This document shows, piece after piece, positions 8,391 through 16,079 of a stretch of 64,000 bases of DNA. The notes beneath the pieces are model-generated. The model searched no databases, was not told the DNA's origin, and saw only the letters and a list, made by a program, of their open reading frames with translations. Origin of the DNA: a virus. Its lineage: Duplodnaviria > Caudoviricetes. The stretch is from the IMG/VR virus record IMGVR_UViG_3300047625_000012, positions 183 through 64,182 of that record; one strand, written 5' to 3'. The position numbers and the translations under genes were made by a program. Each line of letters begins with the position of its first letter. Positions within the stretch are counted from its first letter, which is position 1.

Positions 8391-9168
8391 AAAGCCCGCG
8401 CGTTCCATCGAAGATCGCATCCAGCCTCTGTCCGAGGTTGATCGCAACGTCGCTGTTCTATGTTACGGTGACCAGAAAACCGGTAAGACCGTTTTCGGAT
8501 GCTCATTCCCCAAGCCGCTGCTCCTCATCGACATCATGGAGCGCGGCACGGATTCTGTCATCGACGTAGCTGATGTTGACGTGGTCCACGCGGGCAGCAC
8601 GGGCGACATGGAAGACCTGTATTGGCACCTTGAGGGTAAGACCCGGTACAAGTCCGTGGTGCTGGACCAGATGACCGGGTTGCAGAATCTCGTGATCCGC
8701 GAGATGAAGGAGAAGCGCAACCAGCGCTCCGACGACGTATTCTCGCAACGCGCCTACGGACAGCTGGGGGGCTGGATGACCCAGTGGATACTCAACTACA
8801 GTCTGCTGGTAGACCACGGCTACAATGTGTGCTTCCTGTCGCACCAGAAACGTATCGAGGCGCAGGAAGAGGACGACGACCGGCTGGCGCCTGAAGTCAC
8901 CACGGCGCTGACGGGCTCCATCACGAATTTCCTGCTGGGTGCGGTGAGCGTGATAGGTAACCAGTTCATCCGCGAGAGCTACGACAAAAAGACCAAAGAG
9001 ACCGAGATGCAGTACTGCATGCGGCTGGTCTCCGGGTTCTACCGCTGCGGCATCCGCCGCCCGGTGAGTGCGGGTCCGGTACCGGAGTACGTCGTGAACC
9101 CCACCTACGACAAGATCATGAAACTGTCCAAAGGCGAGTCACTGGCTCGGAAGGTCAAAAAGCTGTGA
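8374..9168 (+). CDS. AAA_24/Sak4-like ATPase (recombinase)
   Basis: Walker A GDQKTGKT, LLLIDI.ERG, SVVLDQ, FLSHQK; lies between nuclease and SSB. Confidence 0.85.
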   Translation: MKKLTKKPARSIEDRIQPLSEVDRNVAVLCYGDQKTGKTVFGCSFPKPLLLIDIMERGTDSVIDVADVDVVHAGSTGDMEDLYWHLEGKTRYKSVVLDQMTGLQNLVIREMKEKRNQRSDDVFSQRAYGQLGGWMTQWILNYSLLVDHGYNVCFLSHQKRIEAQEEDDDRLAPEVTTALTGSITNFLLGAVSVIGNQFIRESYDKKTKETEMQYCMRLVSGFYRCGIRRPVSAGPVPEYVVNPTYDKIMKLSKGESLARKVKKL

Positions 9169-9434
9169 GCCGCTGGGACTACGCCCCTTTGCACGAGGCG
9201 CTTCACATCCCGGTAGGGCAAGTCCCGATCCAACCTACTACACCTACGGAGATGCGCAAGGCGATCGTAGAGGCGGGTCACCGCAGCAGCCCTTGGATAC
9301 GTAGGGTATTCATCGAAGCGGATCTGCTGGGACTCAGTGGGGAGGATAGATACGTCCTGCTGGCGTTTCACATGCTGCTTGAGTGTGAGCGACGCCAGTG
9401 CCGAGACCTCGACGAAGTGATGCTGAAGCCATGA
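9165..9434 (+). CDS. Hypothetical protein
   Basis: GTGA overlap with upstream gene. Confidence 0.6.
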   Translation: MSRWDYAPLHEALHIPVGQVPIQPTTPTEMRKAIVEAGHRSSPWIRRVFIEADLLGLSGEDRYVLLAFHMLLECERRQCRDLDEVMLKP

Positions 9435-9769
9435 CAGCTTGCATCTTCAGGGGCGGTTGCGCCTACAGACCCGAATGCATTGATTACTGTCAGCACGTAG
9501 AGCGGACTTTCAATATGAGCAACATCAACAAAGTCTCCAACGAACTCTCCCTGGTCACGGTGGTCATGCCCCTGGTCCGAATTCTGGCGGATACCCGGCT
9601 GTCGTGGGCGGAACGCGAGAAGGTCTCCATGGCTATCTGCGTGACGCATCAACAGTGGACTGCGTTGGAGAAAGAGCGCCAGCTCCATCAGCAAGCCCAG
9701 GCGTCCGGCCAGCAAACTCAGAACGGCGGCACCGGCACGTTGAACCGACCACAGTATGATATCGGCTGA
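9431..9769 (+). CDS. Hypothetical protein
   Basis: ATGA overlap; start uncertain. Confidence 0.5.
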   Translation: MTACIFRGGCAYRPECIDYCQHVERTFNMSNINKVSNELSLVTVVMPLVRILADTRLSWAEREKVSMAICVTHQQWTALEKERQLHQQAQASGQQTQNGGTGTLNRPQYDIG

Positions 9770-9783
9770 TTTATACAACACCA
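9756..9783 (+). repeat. 28-bp direct repeat, copy 1
   Basis: ATGATATCGGCTGATTTATACAACACCA; copy 2 at 9998-10025 has 2 mismatches. Confidence 0.85.
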
Positions 9784-10001
9784 TGAGTTTTACCTCTGTG
9801 ACGATCTGCGATGGGTGTAAACAGAAATCCGACGGATTGTCGGCGGGCTGGTTCGAGCTGTCGACTTCGTCGGTTATTGTTTTTACCGTCAAAGATGAAG
9901 TGATTGGCGGCCCGAACAACCCCTTAAAACAACTGAAAGGCCCGTTGCATTTCTGCAGTTTGAAGTGCTTCGGAAGGTTTTTAGGCCCAATCAATCCATG
10001 A
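9783..10001 (+). CDS. Small zinc-binding protein (CDGC...HFCSLKC)
   Basis: Paired Cys motifs; bracketed by the 28-bp repeat. Confidence 0.65.
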   Translation: MSFTSVTICDGCKQKSDGLSAGWFELSTSSVIVFTVKDEVIGGPNNPLKQLKGPLHFCSLKCFGRFLGPINP

Positions 10002-10025
10002 TACCGGCTGATTTATCCAACACCA
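9998..10025 (+). repeat. 28-bp direct repeat, copy 2
   Basis: ATGATACCGGCTGATTTATCCAACACCA. Confidence 0.85.
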
Positions 10026-10048
10026 ACCAAAGGAGCGAACAGTACCCC

Positions 10049-10828
10049 ATGGCAATCAAGAAACCCGCCCGACGCAAAAAGGGCAACGTCACCACTCTCG
10101 ACTTCGCAGGCGTCAAGTCCGGCGGCACGATCCCTGACGGCCGCTACAAAGCCAAAATCATCGAGGTCAGTCAGGAGGAAGGTCAGGACTCCGGTGAGCC
10201 CTACATGAGTCTCACCTGGGAAATCACCTCTGAGAAGCGCAACGGACGTGAGGTGCGGTTCGATAACTACTCGCTGCAGCCGCAGGCACTCTGGCGCGTC
10301 AAGAGCCTCCTGGAGGCGATGGAAGTCGAGGTACCGGACGGAGAGCACGAAGTCGACTGGGACGAGATGGTCTCGGACGAAGCCGAATGCATCATCGAGT
10401 TGACGGGAGAGAAGAACAGCGAGGGTAAGACTTATGCCCGTGTTACCGGGCATTACCCGCTGGAGGACGGCAACACCGTCGACGATGAGGAGGACGAGAA
10501 GCCTGCACGACGGAAGAAACCGGCCAAGGATGAGGATGACGACGATGACGAACCGCCGAAGCGCCGGGGCAAACCGTCCAAAGACGATGATGACGATGAG
10601 CCCCCGAAACGCCGGGGGCGCAAAGACGAAGACGACGATGATGACGCGGACGACAGGCCTGCGCGGAACAAGAAGATCAAAAAGGGCGCTGAGGTGAAGT
10701 TCAAAAACGAAAAAAACAAATTCGTTACCGGCACCATCGAAAAGATCGACGGAGACCAGGCGACTGTGGTCACCGACCAGGATGACGCCTACGAGATCGA
10801 CGTTGAAGAATTGACTGTCGTCGGCTGA
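10049..10828 (+). CDS. Single-stranded DNA-binding protein (DUF669-like OB fold) with acidic/basic repeats and C-terminal SH3-like domain
   Basis: IPDGRYKAKI.EV......SG..Y..L.W.I; D-rich EPPKRRG repeats; position after Sak4-like ATPase. Confidence 0.75.
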   Translation: MAIKKPARRKKGNVTTLDFAGVKSGGTIPDGRYKAKIIEVSQEEGQDSGEPYMSLTWEITSEKRNGREVRFDNYSLQPQALWRVKSLLEAMEVEVPDGEHEVDWDEMVSDEAECIIELTGEKNSEGKTYARVTGHYPLEDGNTVDDEEDEKPARRKKPAKDEDDDDDEPPKRRGKPSKDDDDDEPPKRRGRKDEDDDDDADDRPARNKKIKKGAEVKFKNEKNKFVTGTIEKIDGDQATVVTDQDDAYEIDVEELTVVG

Positions 10829-10843
10829 TCGAACCAGGCGCGC

Positions 10844-10928
10844 TACCCCTACGCACTATACGCCCGTCCATGTCCTGCAGAATGCCGCGTACAAGCCGGC
10901 GGGATATTCGGAGTGGTGCGTAGGGGTA
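10844..10928 (+). promoter_or_regulatory. Long-range stem overlapping the helicase translation-initiation region
   Basis: TACCCCTACGCAC (10844-10856) / GTGCGTAGGGGTA (10916-10928) perfect 13-bp inverted repeat; inner stem ATGTCCTGC/GCGGGATAT. Confidence 0.55.
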
Positions 10929-10938
10929 ATTCGAGACT

Positions 10939-12285
10939 ATGAAACTACGTCCGTACCAGGAAGAATGTGTCGTCAAAGCCCTTTCCCTCATGCGGGATGG
11001 CGGAGGCTTCGGAATATGGTTGGAACAGCGCACAGGGAAGACGGTCACTGCGATAAAAATCGCGGACACAGTGCAACCAAAACACCTCTGGATAGTGTGC
11101 CCCAAAGCCGGCGGCGCAGCTCCTGAAGTCTGGTGGCGCGAGATCGGCAAATGGATGAAGGACCACCACGGACTTGATGACACGCAGATCCGGGTGATGA
11201 ATTACGAGCAGTATGTCAGCAAGCGTCTCGCACTTTACAAGGAAGCCAAAACCCTCAGCGACCTGATGATCATCGGGGATGAGCTGCATTACATCAAAAG
11301 CCGCGGTGCGTCCCGCTCGCGTGTTGTGCGGCGCCTGGGGAAGTACGCCCGCTGGCGCCTGGGACTAACCGGAACTCCGATCGCACAGGGGATTCAGGAT
11401 GCGTGGTCGTTGTTTGATTTCCTGGACCCTGAAATATTCGGTCGGTTCGATAATCTGTATGAGGACCCCAAGCGTAAAAAAGGGCTCATCGAAGAAGGCT
11501 TCGAAGAACGTTATCTCGTCCGGGGCGGCTACAAACAACACGACGTAGTCGGGTTCAGGAACGAGAAAGAGTTCTATCGCAAGTTCCACGCGCACAGCTA
11601 CCGTAAGACCCTGCGGGAGGCGCGCGACAAGCCCCTCATGATCAAGTACACGCAGATTCCCGTAGAGCTGAAGAAGAAGACCAGGGCCGCGTACGAGGAG
11701 CTGAAACACGACCTGATTACCGAGGTCAATAAGACCAAGATCAAGGTCAAGAGCGTGCTTGCCAGCCTCATCAAACTCCAGCAGGTTACCGGCGGCAGTG
11801 TGCTGGTCGCATCCGAACAGGAAGGCGAGAAGCCTTCGTTGTTGGATATCAGCCGGGAGAAGATCCACCAGCTGACAATCTCAGTCCGGAAGATCCCCGC
11901 AGGGGAGAAGTTCATCGTCATAGCGCGGTTCATCCACGAGATCGACCGCATTGCGGCCGAGCTGCGCCGCATGGGGTATCACACGGCGGTCGTGCGCGGC
12001 GGGGAGCCCTACGACGGTAAGTTCAAACAGGACTGCATCGTCATGCAGATTCAGTCCGGTATCGCCGTCGATATGTCCAAAGCCAATCACATCTTTTTCC
12101 ACAGCATCGACTTCAGTTACCTCAATTTCGAGCAGTCCCGGTTCCGCATCCTGGATTTCGAGAAGCCGGTGGGTCACTATTACTTCCTTAACGCTATGGA
12201 CACCATCGACGAGGACATCTACACTGCGGTGACGCGCAAGAAAAAAGTCGCAGAGCTGATCTGCGATACATACAGGACGAGTTGA
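10939..12285 (+). CDS. SF2 (SNF2-like) DNA helicase
   Basis: LRPYQ, EQRTGKT, DELHYIK, LTGTP, KLQQV, FEQSRFRI. Confidence 0.9.
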   Translation: MKLRPYQEECVVKALSLMRDGGGFGIWLEQRTGKTVTAIKIADTVQPKHLWIVCPKAGGAAPEVWWREIGKWMKDHHGLDDTQIRVMNYEQYVSKRLALYKEAKTLSDLMIIGDELHYIKSRGASRSRVVRRLGKYARWRLGLTGTPIAQGIQDAWSLFDFLDPEIFGRFDNLYEDPKRKKGLIEEGFEERYLVRGGYKQHDVVGFRNEKEFYRKFHAHSYRKTLREARDKPLMIKYTQIPVELKKKTRAAYEELKHDLITEVNKTKIKVKSVLASLIKLQQVTGGSVLVASEQEGEKPSLLDISREKIHQLTISVRKIPAGEKFIVIARFIHEIDRIAAELRRMGYHTAVVRGGEPYDGKFKQDCIVMQIQSGIAVDMSKANHIFFHSIDFSYLNFEQSRFRILDFEKPVGHYYFLNAMDTIDEDIYTAVTRKKKVAELICDTYRTS

Positions 12286-12287
12286 CT

Positions 12288-12719
12288 ATGAAAGAAATAC
12301 AACGGTATCACTACGTAGACGATGGCGGCCCGTTCCCGTTGGCCACGTCACCCAACGGCACGGGGTGCCGGTGGTCGGATGTCGAAGCGCTCCAGAAAGA
12401 GCTGGTGGAGACTACCGCCAAAGCCCTTGCTGCGGTGTGGTTGATTCCCGAGGATCAGAACATCGCGGGGTTGAAGGATCTGTACGACGAAGCGCGACGC
12501 ACTCTCATGGGGGGAGACAAGAAGACGATTGCGAAGCTGCAGGACGATCTACGGTATGCACAGGAGGCATATCAGCATGCAGTCCGGCCCGAACGTCCGG
12601 GTATCAACATGGTGTATGGAGTAAACCCCAAAAATCCTGATTTACGTACTGTGCTGATGCTGACAGTTGTGCATCGGGATACCAACGGGGGTTTAGTCGT
12701 CGAGGTACAACTGCCGTGA
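12288..12719 (+). CDS. Hypothetical protein
   Basis: Tightly packed ORF in operon. Confidence 0.65.
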   Translation: MKEIQRYHYVDDGGPFPLATSPNGTGCRWSDVEALQKELVETTAKALAAVWLIPEDQNIAGLKDLYDEARRTLMGGDKKTIAKLQDDLRYAQEAYQHAVRPERPGINMVYGVNPKNPDLRTVLMLTVVHRDTNGGLVVEVQLP

Positions 12720-13066
12720 CCGTGCGCAAGATAACTGACTTACGCAGCCGGGTCCGTAAGATAGTGAAATCCCGCCTGGGGCTGCGTGACTCTGGAGAAG
12801 TGTTATCGCCAGAAGAGAACAACGCCGCCGAAATTCTCAAGAAAGAGCCGAAGCCGCAACGTCATCTGACCTACGCACTTACAAAGCCGCGTGTCGTTAT
12901 CGGGTACGTGACACTGACGCAGCTCGCGGCGGAGCGCGGCATGCAAGCCCAACTAGCGCGGATCTACATGAACCGTGCGGGAATTAAGAAACCCTTAGAG
13001 GGTTGGCGCTGGCTTGCGACTGCACGAGCGCTCAAAAAGGTACGCAAAGCGTTGGGGTTGCTATGA
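12716..13066 (+). CDS. Basic hypothetical protein, possible HTH
   Basis: VTLTQLAAERGMQAQLARIYM helix-turn-helix-like; GTGA overlap. Confidence 0.6.
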   Translation: MTVRKITDLRSRVRKIVKSRLGLRDSGEVLSPEENNAAEILKKEPKPQRHLTYALTKPRVVIGYVTLTQLAAERGMQAQLARIYMNRAGIKKPLEGWRWLATARALKKVRKALGLL

Positions 13067-13317
13067 CTCTCAACCGGCTCTGCAAGATTTTAGAAGAGCT
13101 GCGTGCGGAGAACGGGCGTTGCCGAGTCAGCATCGCGAAGGAGTCATTCCGAGACAACCGTGAGAACGATGGATGTACTATTCTCATGGTCTACGGGGTA
13201 GACGTTCGATGGATCAACGATGCGGATGATGATGGAGGCACCGCTGTCAACAAAGACGGCTCCGAACGGGGACGCACGACTGTGATTCTCTTTGGAGACT
13301 CGTATGAGCGAGGCTAG
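13063..13317 (+). CDS. Hypothetical protein
   Basis: ATGA overlap. Confidence 0.6.
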   Translation: MTLNRLCKILEELRAENGRCRVSIAKESFRDNRENDGCTILMVYGVDVRWINDADDDGGTAVNKDGSERGRTTVILFGDSYERG

Positions 13318-13732
13318 CTTCTGGAAGTACCTCGTGAAGCTCCTCCCGAAAGCGGGGCACTATTCCCGCATCGAAGCGCCGGACACCGCTGTGGGGTTCC
13401 CGGATGTCCATTATACTTACGAGGGACAAAGCGGTACCATCGAACTCAAGGATGCGAAGCGTCCCGGCGCCAAATACCCCTTCAGCGGTCAAAGCGGACT
13501 GCGTCGGAGCCAGCTCACGTGGATGACACAGGAGTGTGATGCCGGCGGCGCCGTGTTTCTCGCACTCCAATGTTATGACCGCGTGTACATCCTGAAAGCG
13601 GATCTGTATTTCGATGAGCTGCACCGCATGACCGAGGAGCAGATTGCCCGGGTCGCTTCGATGCACTGGGTGAAACGCTCTTCAGATGTACTGTTGACCG
13701 AGCAGTTAGAGAATCTGTTGTACACCCCATGA
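13304..13732 (+). CDS. VRR-NUC / Holliday-junction resolvase-like nuclease
   Basis: MSE..FW, RIE, GFPDV, IELK, LRRSQ..W, AGG. Confidence 0.8.
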   Translation: MSEASFWKYLVKLLPKAGHYSRIEAPDTAVGFPDVHYTYEGQSGTIELKDAKRPGAKYPFSGQSGLRRSQLTWMTQECDAGGAVFLALQCYDRVYILKADLYFDELHRMTEEQIARVASMHWVKRSSDVLLTEQLENLLYTP

Positions 13733-13980
13733 TTCTACCCGTCCCCCGCCTGGTGTTTGTCCCCTTCGAGTGGAACGGCGCGAAGTGGGTCAAGCGGGAT
13801 GACATCCCCCGGTTCAAGGAACCCGAAGAGGCGCTACAGTGGGCGTGGGCCAACCCGGAGGCTCTCACCCGGGATGGAAAGCCTGTTTACTGGCAGTGGA
13901 TCGAGTGCCACGAGCCTGAATTCATCAAGGAGTTCCTGCGCGGGGTAGGTACTCCTGAGTGGTTGACCCTGAAGCACTGA
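13729..13980 (+). CDS. Hypothetical protein
   Basis: ATGA overlap; Trp-rich. Confidence 0.6.
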   Translation: MILPVPRLVFVPFEWNGAKWVKRDDIPRFKEPEEALQWAWANPEALTRDGKPVYWQWIECHEPEFIKEFLRGVGTPEWLTLKH

Positions 13981-14017
13981 CATGAACTGACACAGGATAT
14001 ACGAAAGGAAACACTCC

Positions 14018-14383
14018 ATGAAGACTGCCATACTCGCCTGCCTGCTGACTCTTTTCGCCTGTCCTGCGTTCGTCAGCGCGACCAACACCTGCTACGCCGC
14101 CCGGCTATACGTGAATCTGCCCGCCGAGGCCGCCGGCCACAACCTCCACCTGAGTCTCTACGACTTCACGGGCGATGGAACAAAGCGCCATGTGGTAGAC
14201 GTACTCACTCAAGGCTCCTTGACCGTGGAGTATGCTCTGCACTGGTCAGATGTCTGGGAAGTGGGCCTGACACTAGCCGATGGTGAGATCGTGACGGGGC
14301 AGCTCACGGTCCCGGCCGAGACACAGTGCTGGTCCGCGACCAACGCGCCGGTCTACGTGCTGGACCTCTCAAACGCGACGTAG
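14018..14383 (+). CDS. Exported protein (Sec signal peptide)
   Basis: MKTAILACLLTLFACPAFVSA leader, beta-rich body; AAGGA RBS. Confidence 0.7.
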   Translation: MKTAILACLLTLFACPAFVSATNTCYAARLYVNLPAEAAGHNLHLSLYDFTGDGTKRHVVDVLTQGSLTVEYALHWSDVWEVGLTLADGEIVTGQLTVPAETQCWSATNAPVYVLDLSNAT

Positions 14384-14388
14384 CAGCA

Positions 14389-15453
14389 ATGAGCGACCGG
14401 ACCTCAAAGGATGTCGTATCTCTCTTCAACGCTTGGTATAAAAAAGCGCATTGGAGAACTGGTCCCGGCCCGGACGCCCGCGAAGGGTTTGAGGCTGGAT
14501 ATGCCGCAGGGAATTCACGGGATGAGACCGCAGAGGGACGGAGCCACTTACACAACGCCCTGAGATGTTTGGAACTGAAAGACGGCGAATCTTTTCGCGT
14601 CCAAGTTAAAGAAGGAGATGGTGAACAGTTTTGGTACTCACTTGCGCGAGCTTTCGAGACGAATCGAGGTTTACCGGTCGAGACGGCAGCGCCTCTGGCG
14701 ACTGCATTGGCTCGCAAGGTCTATGTCACGTCAGAGCGGCACCTATCCGGGTATCGGCTCATCCTGGGGTTCGAGACGCTCTCCGATGTGCAAGCGGCTC
14801 ATACAGAAGTCACACACATAGGCTCATCGGAGGAACCGTCTGTAGCTCCAACCCCAGAGCACGCCAAGACCAGCACTTACATCACTATCGTCTGTGACGG
14901 ATGCGGCGCCCGCGCAGACCTTCCACGAGCCGGACGTGAAGGCGTACCGCATGAGACGCCGACCTCAAATGAGCGCGTATCAGACGACGCCCTTCGTCAG
15001 CAGCTCACTTACTGGCGTGAGCGGCGCGACAGCATGGGAGTGCAACTCGCGGCGCTGCTTTTCGAGCTTCAGGAGTCGCGCTCACACAAACGTGTCGTCA
15101 CGCACGCACTCGGGGCTATAGCAGGCGGCGATATCTATCCGCAAAAGCTGGCACGTGAGGCGCTCGATCTGATGCGACAACCGGTCGAGACGAACGGTCG
15201 CCTATGGACTCAAGCAGAGTGGACACTGAAAAACAAGCAGGTTGATGAGCTGGAGATTGAACTCAGACGCTATAAGAAGGCTCTCCAGACCGCAAACGGT
15301 TTCCTCATCATGAACAACCTGGAGCCGGTGAAGTTGGAATACTCATCGGAGGAACCGGAAGTGCGCATTCCCGGGAATCCTGACAGTCCGGCGACGACCT
15401 ATGGAACACCGTTGAAAGCCTCAGCGGTTACTGAGGACCCGCCAGAGGCATGA
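14389..15453 (+). CDS. Modular hypothetical protein with repeated linkers
   Basis: Repeated SSEEP and P[VH]ET linkers; converges on the virion operon. Confidence 0.6.
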   Translation: MSDRTSKDVVSLFNAWYKKAHWRTGPGPDAREGFEAGYAAGNSRDETAEGRSHLHNALRCLELKDGESFRVQVKEGDGEQFWYSLARAFETNRGLPVETAAPLATALARKVYVTSERHLSGYRLILGFETLSDVQAAHTEVTHIGSSEEPSVAPTPEHAKTSTYITIVCDGCGARADLPRAGREGVPHETPTSNERVSDDALRQQLTYWRERRDSMGVQLAALLFELQESRSHKRVVTHALGAIAGGDIYPQKLAREALDLMRQPVETNGRLWTQAEWTLKNKQVDELEIELRRYKKALQTANGFLIMNNLEPVKLEYSSEEPEVRIPGNPDSPATTYGTPLKASAVTEDPPEA

Positions 15454-16078
15454 GCGTCCGATCCGTGTCGGCGCTGACAATCCCCGTGAGGTTACGCGTA
15501 GCGGGCGCAATCCCCGTTGACGAACGCAGCGACTGAGCTGCCTGTTGTACTACCGGATGTTGCATGGCTTCGGGAGACGAACGCAGCGTTGCGGCCGCAG
15601 AGGAGGCATCCCGGTTCGCCAGGTGCGACAACGCATCCTTGATCGCACTGATGGCCCGCGCACCGAGTTTTACTTCTCCCCCGTCTGCATAGCGCCCCCC
15701 GCGGGCCAGTCCTGCCTTCAGTGACGGCAGTTTCTCACGCGCGCCCGCCATGTGCTGGTCGATGTTGTGGAGCGCACCGCCGATCGGGATGTGGGGCATG
15801 CGCATATGCCCGGCGTAGCCTGCAGCCCCCATCGGGTTGCCGAGTTTGGGGAGCGTCGCCCGCATTGTCATGGGGTCGCCTACGAGCGAAGCCAGAGGAG
15901 AGATCGCACCGCCTGCGGCGTGGTGTTGCATAGCGTGACTCAGCAAGGCAGAGCCCTTGTCGGCCTGATTGAACTCTGTTGCGACAGCCCGCGAGGGTGC
16001 GTGCTTCAGGTTGTCCGGGTGCCACCCATGGGCAATCGCGGCCATGAGTCGGGCCTGGGGCTCGGTTTTGGACGGCAT
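15428..16078 (-). CDS. Virion-module protein with GG motifs
   Basis: MPSKTEPQARLMAAIAH...EFNQAD conserved phage N-terminus; AAGG, LARGG, YADGG; GGAGG RBS. Confidence 0.75.
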   Translation of the reverse strand: MPSKTEPQARLMAAIAHGWHPDNLKHAPSRAVATEFNQADKGSALLSHAMQHHAAGGAISPLASLVGDPMTMRATLPKLGNPMGAAGYAGHMRMPHIPIGGALHNIDQHMAGAREKLPSLKAGLARGGRYADGGEVKLGARAISAIKDALSHLANRDASSAAATLRSSPEAMQHPVVQQAAQSLRSSTGIAPATRNLTGIVSADTDRTLMPLAGPQ

Positions 16079-16079
16079 G

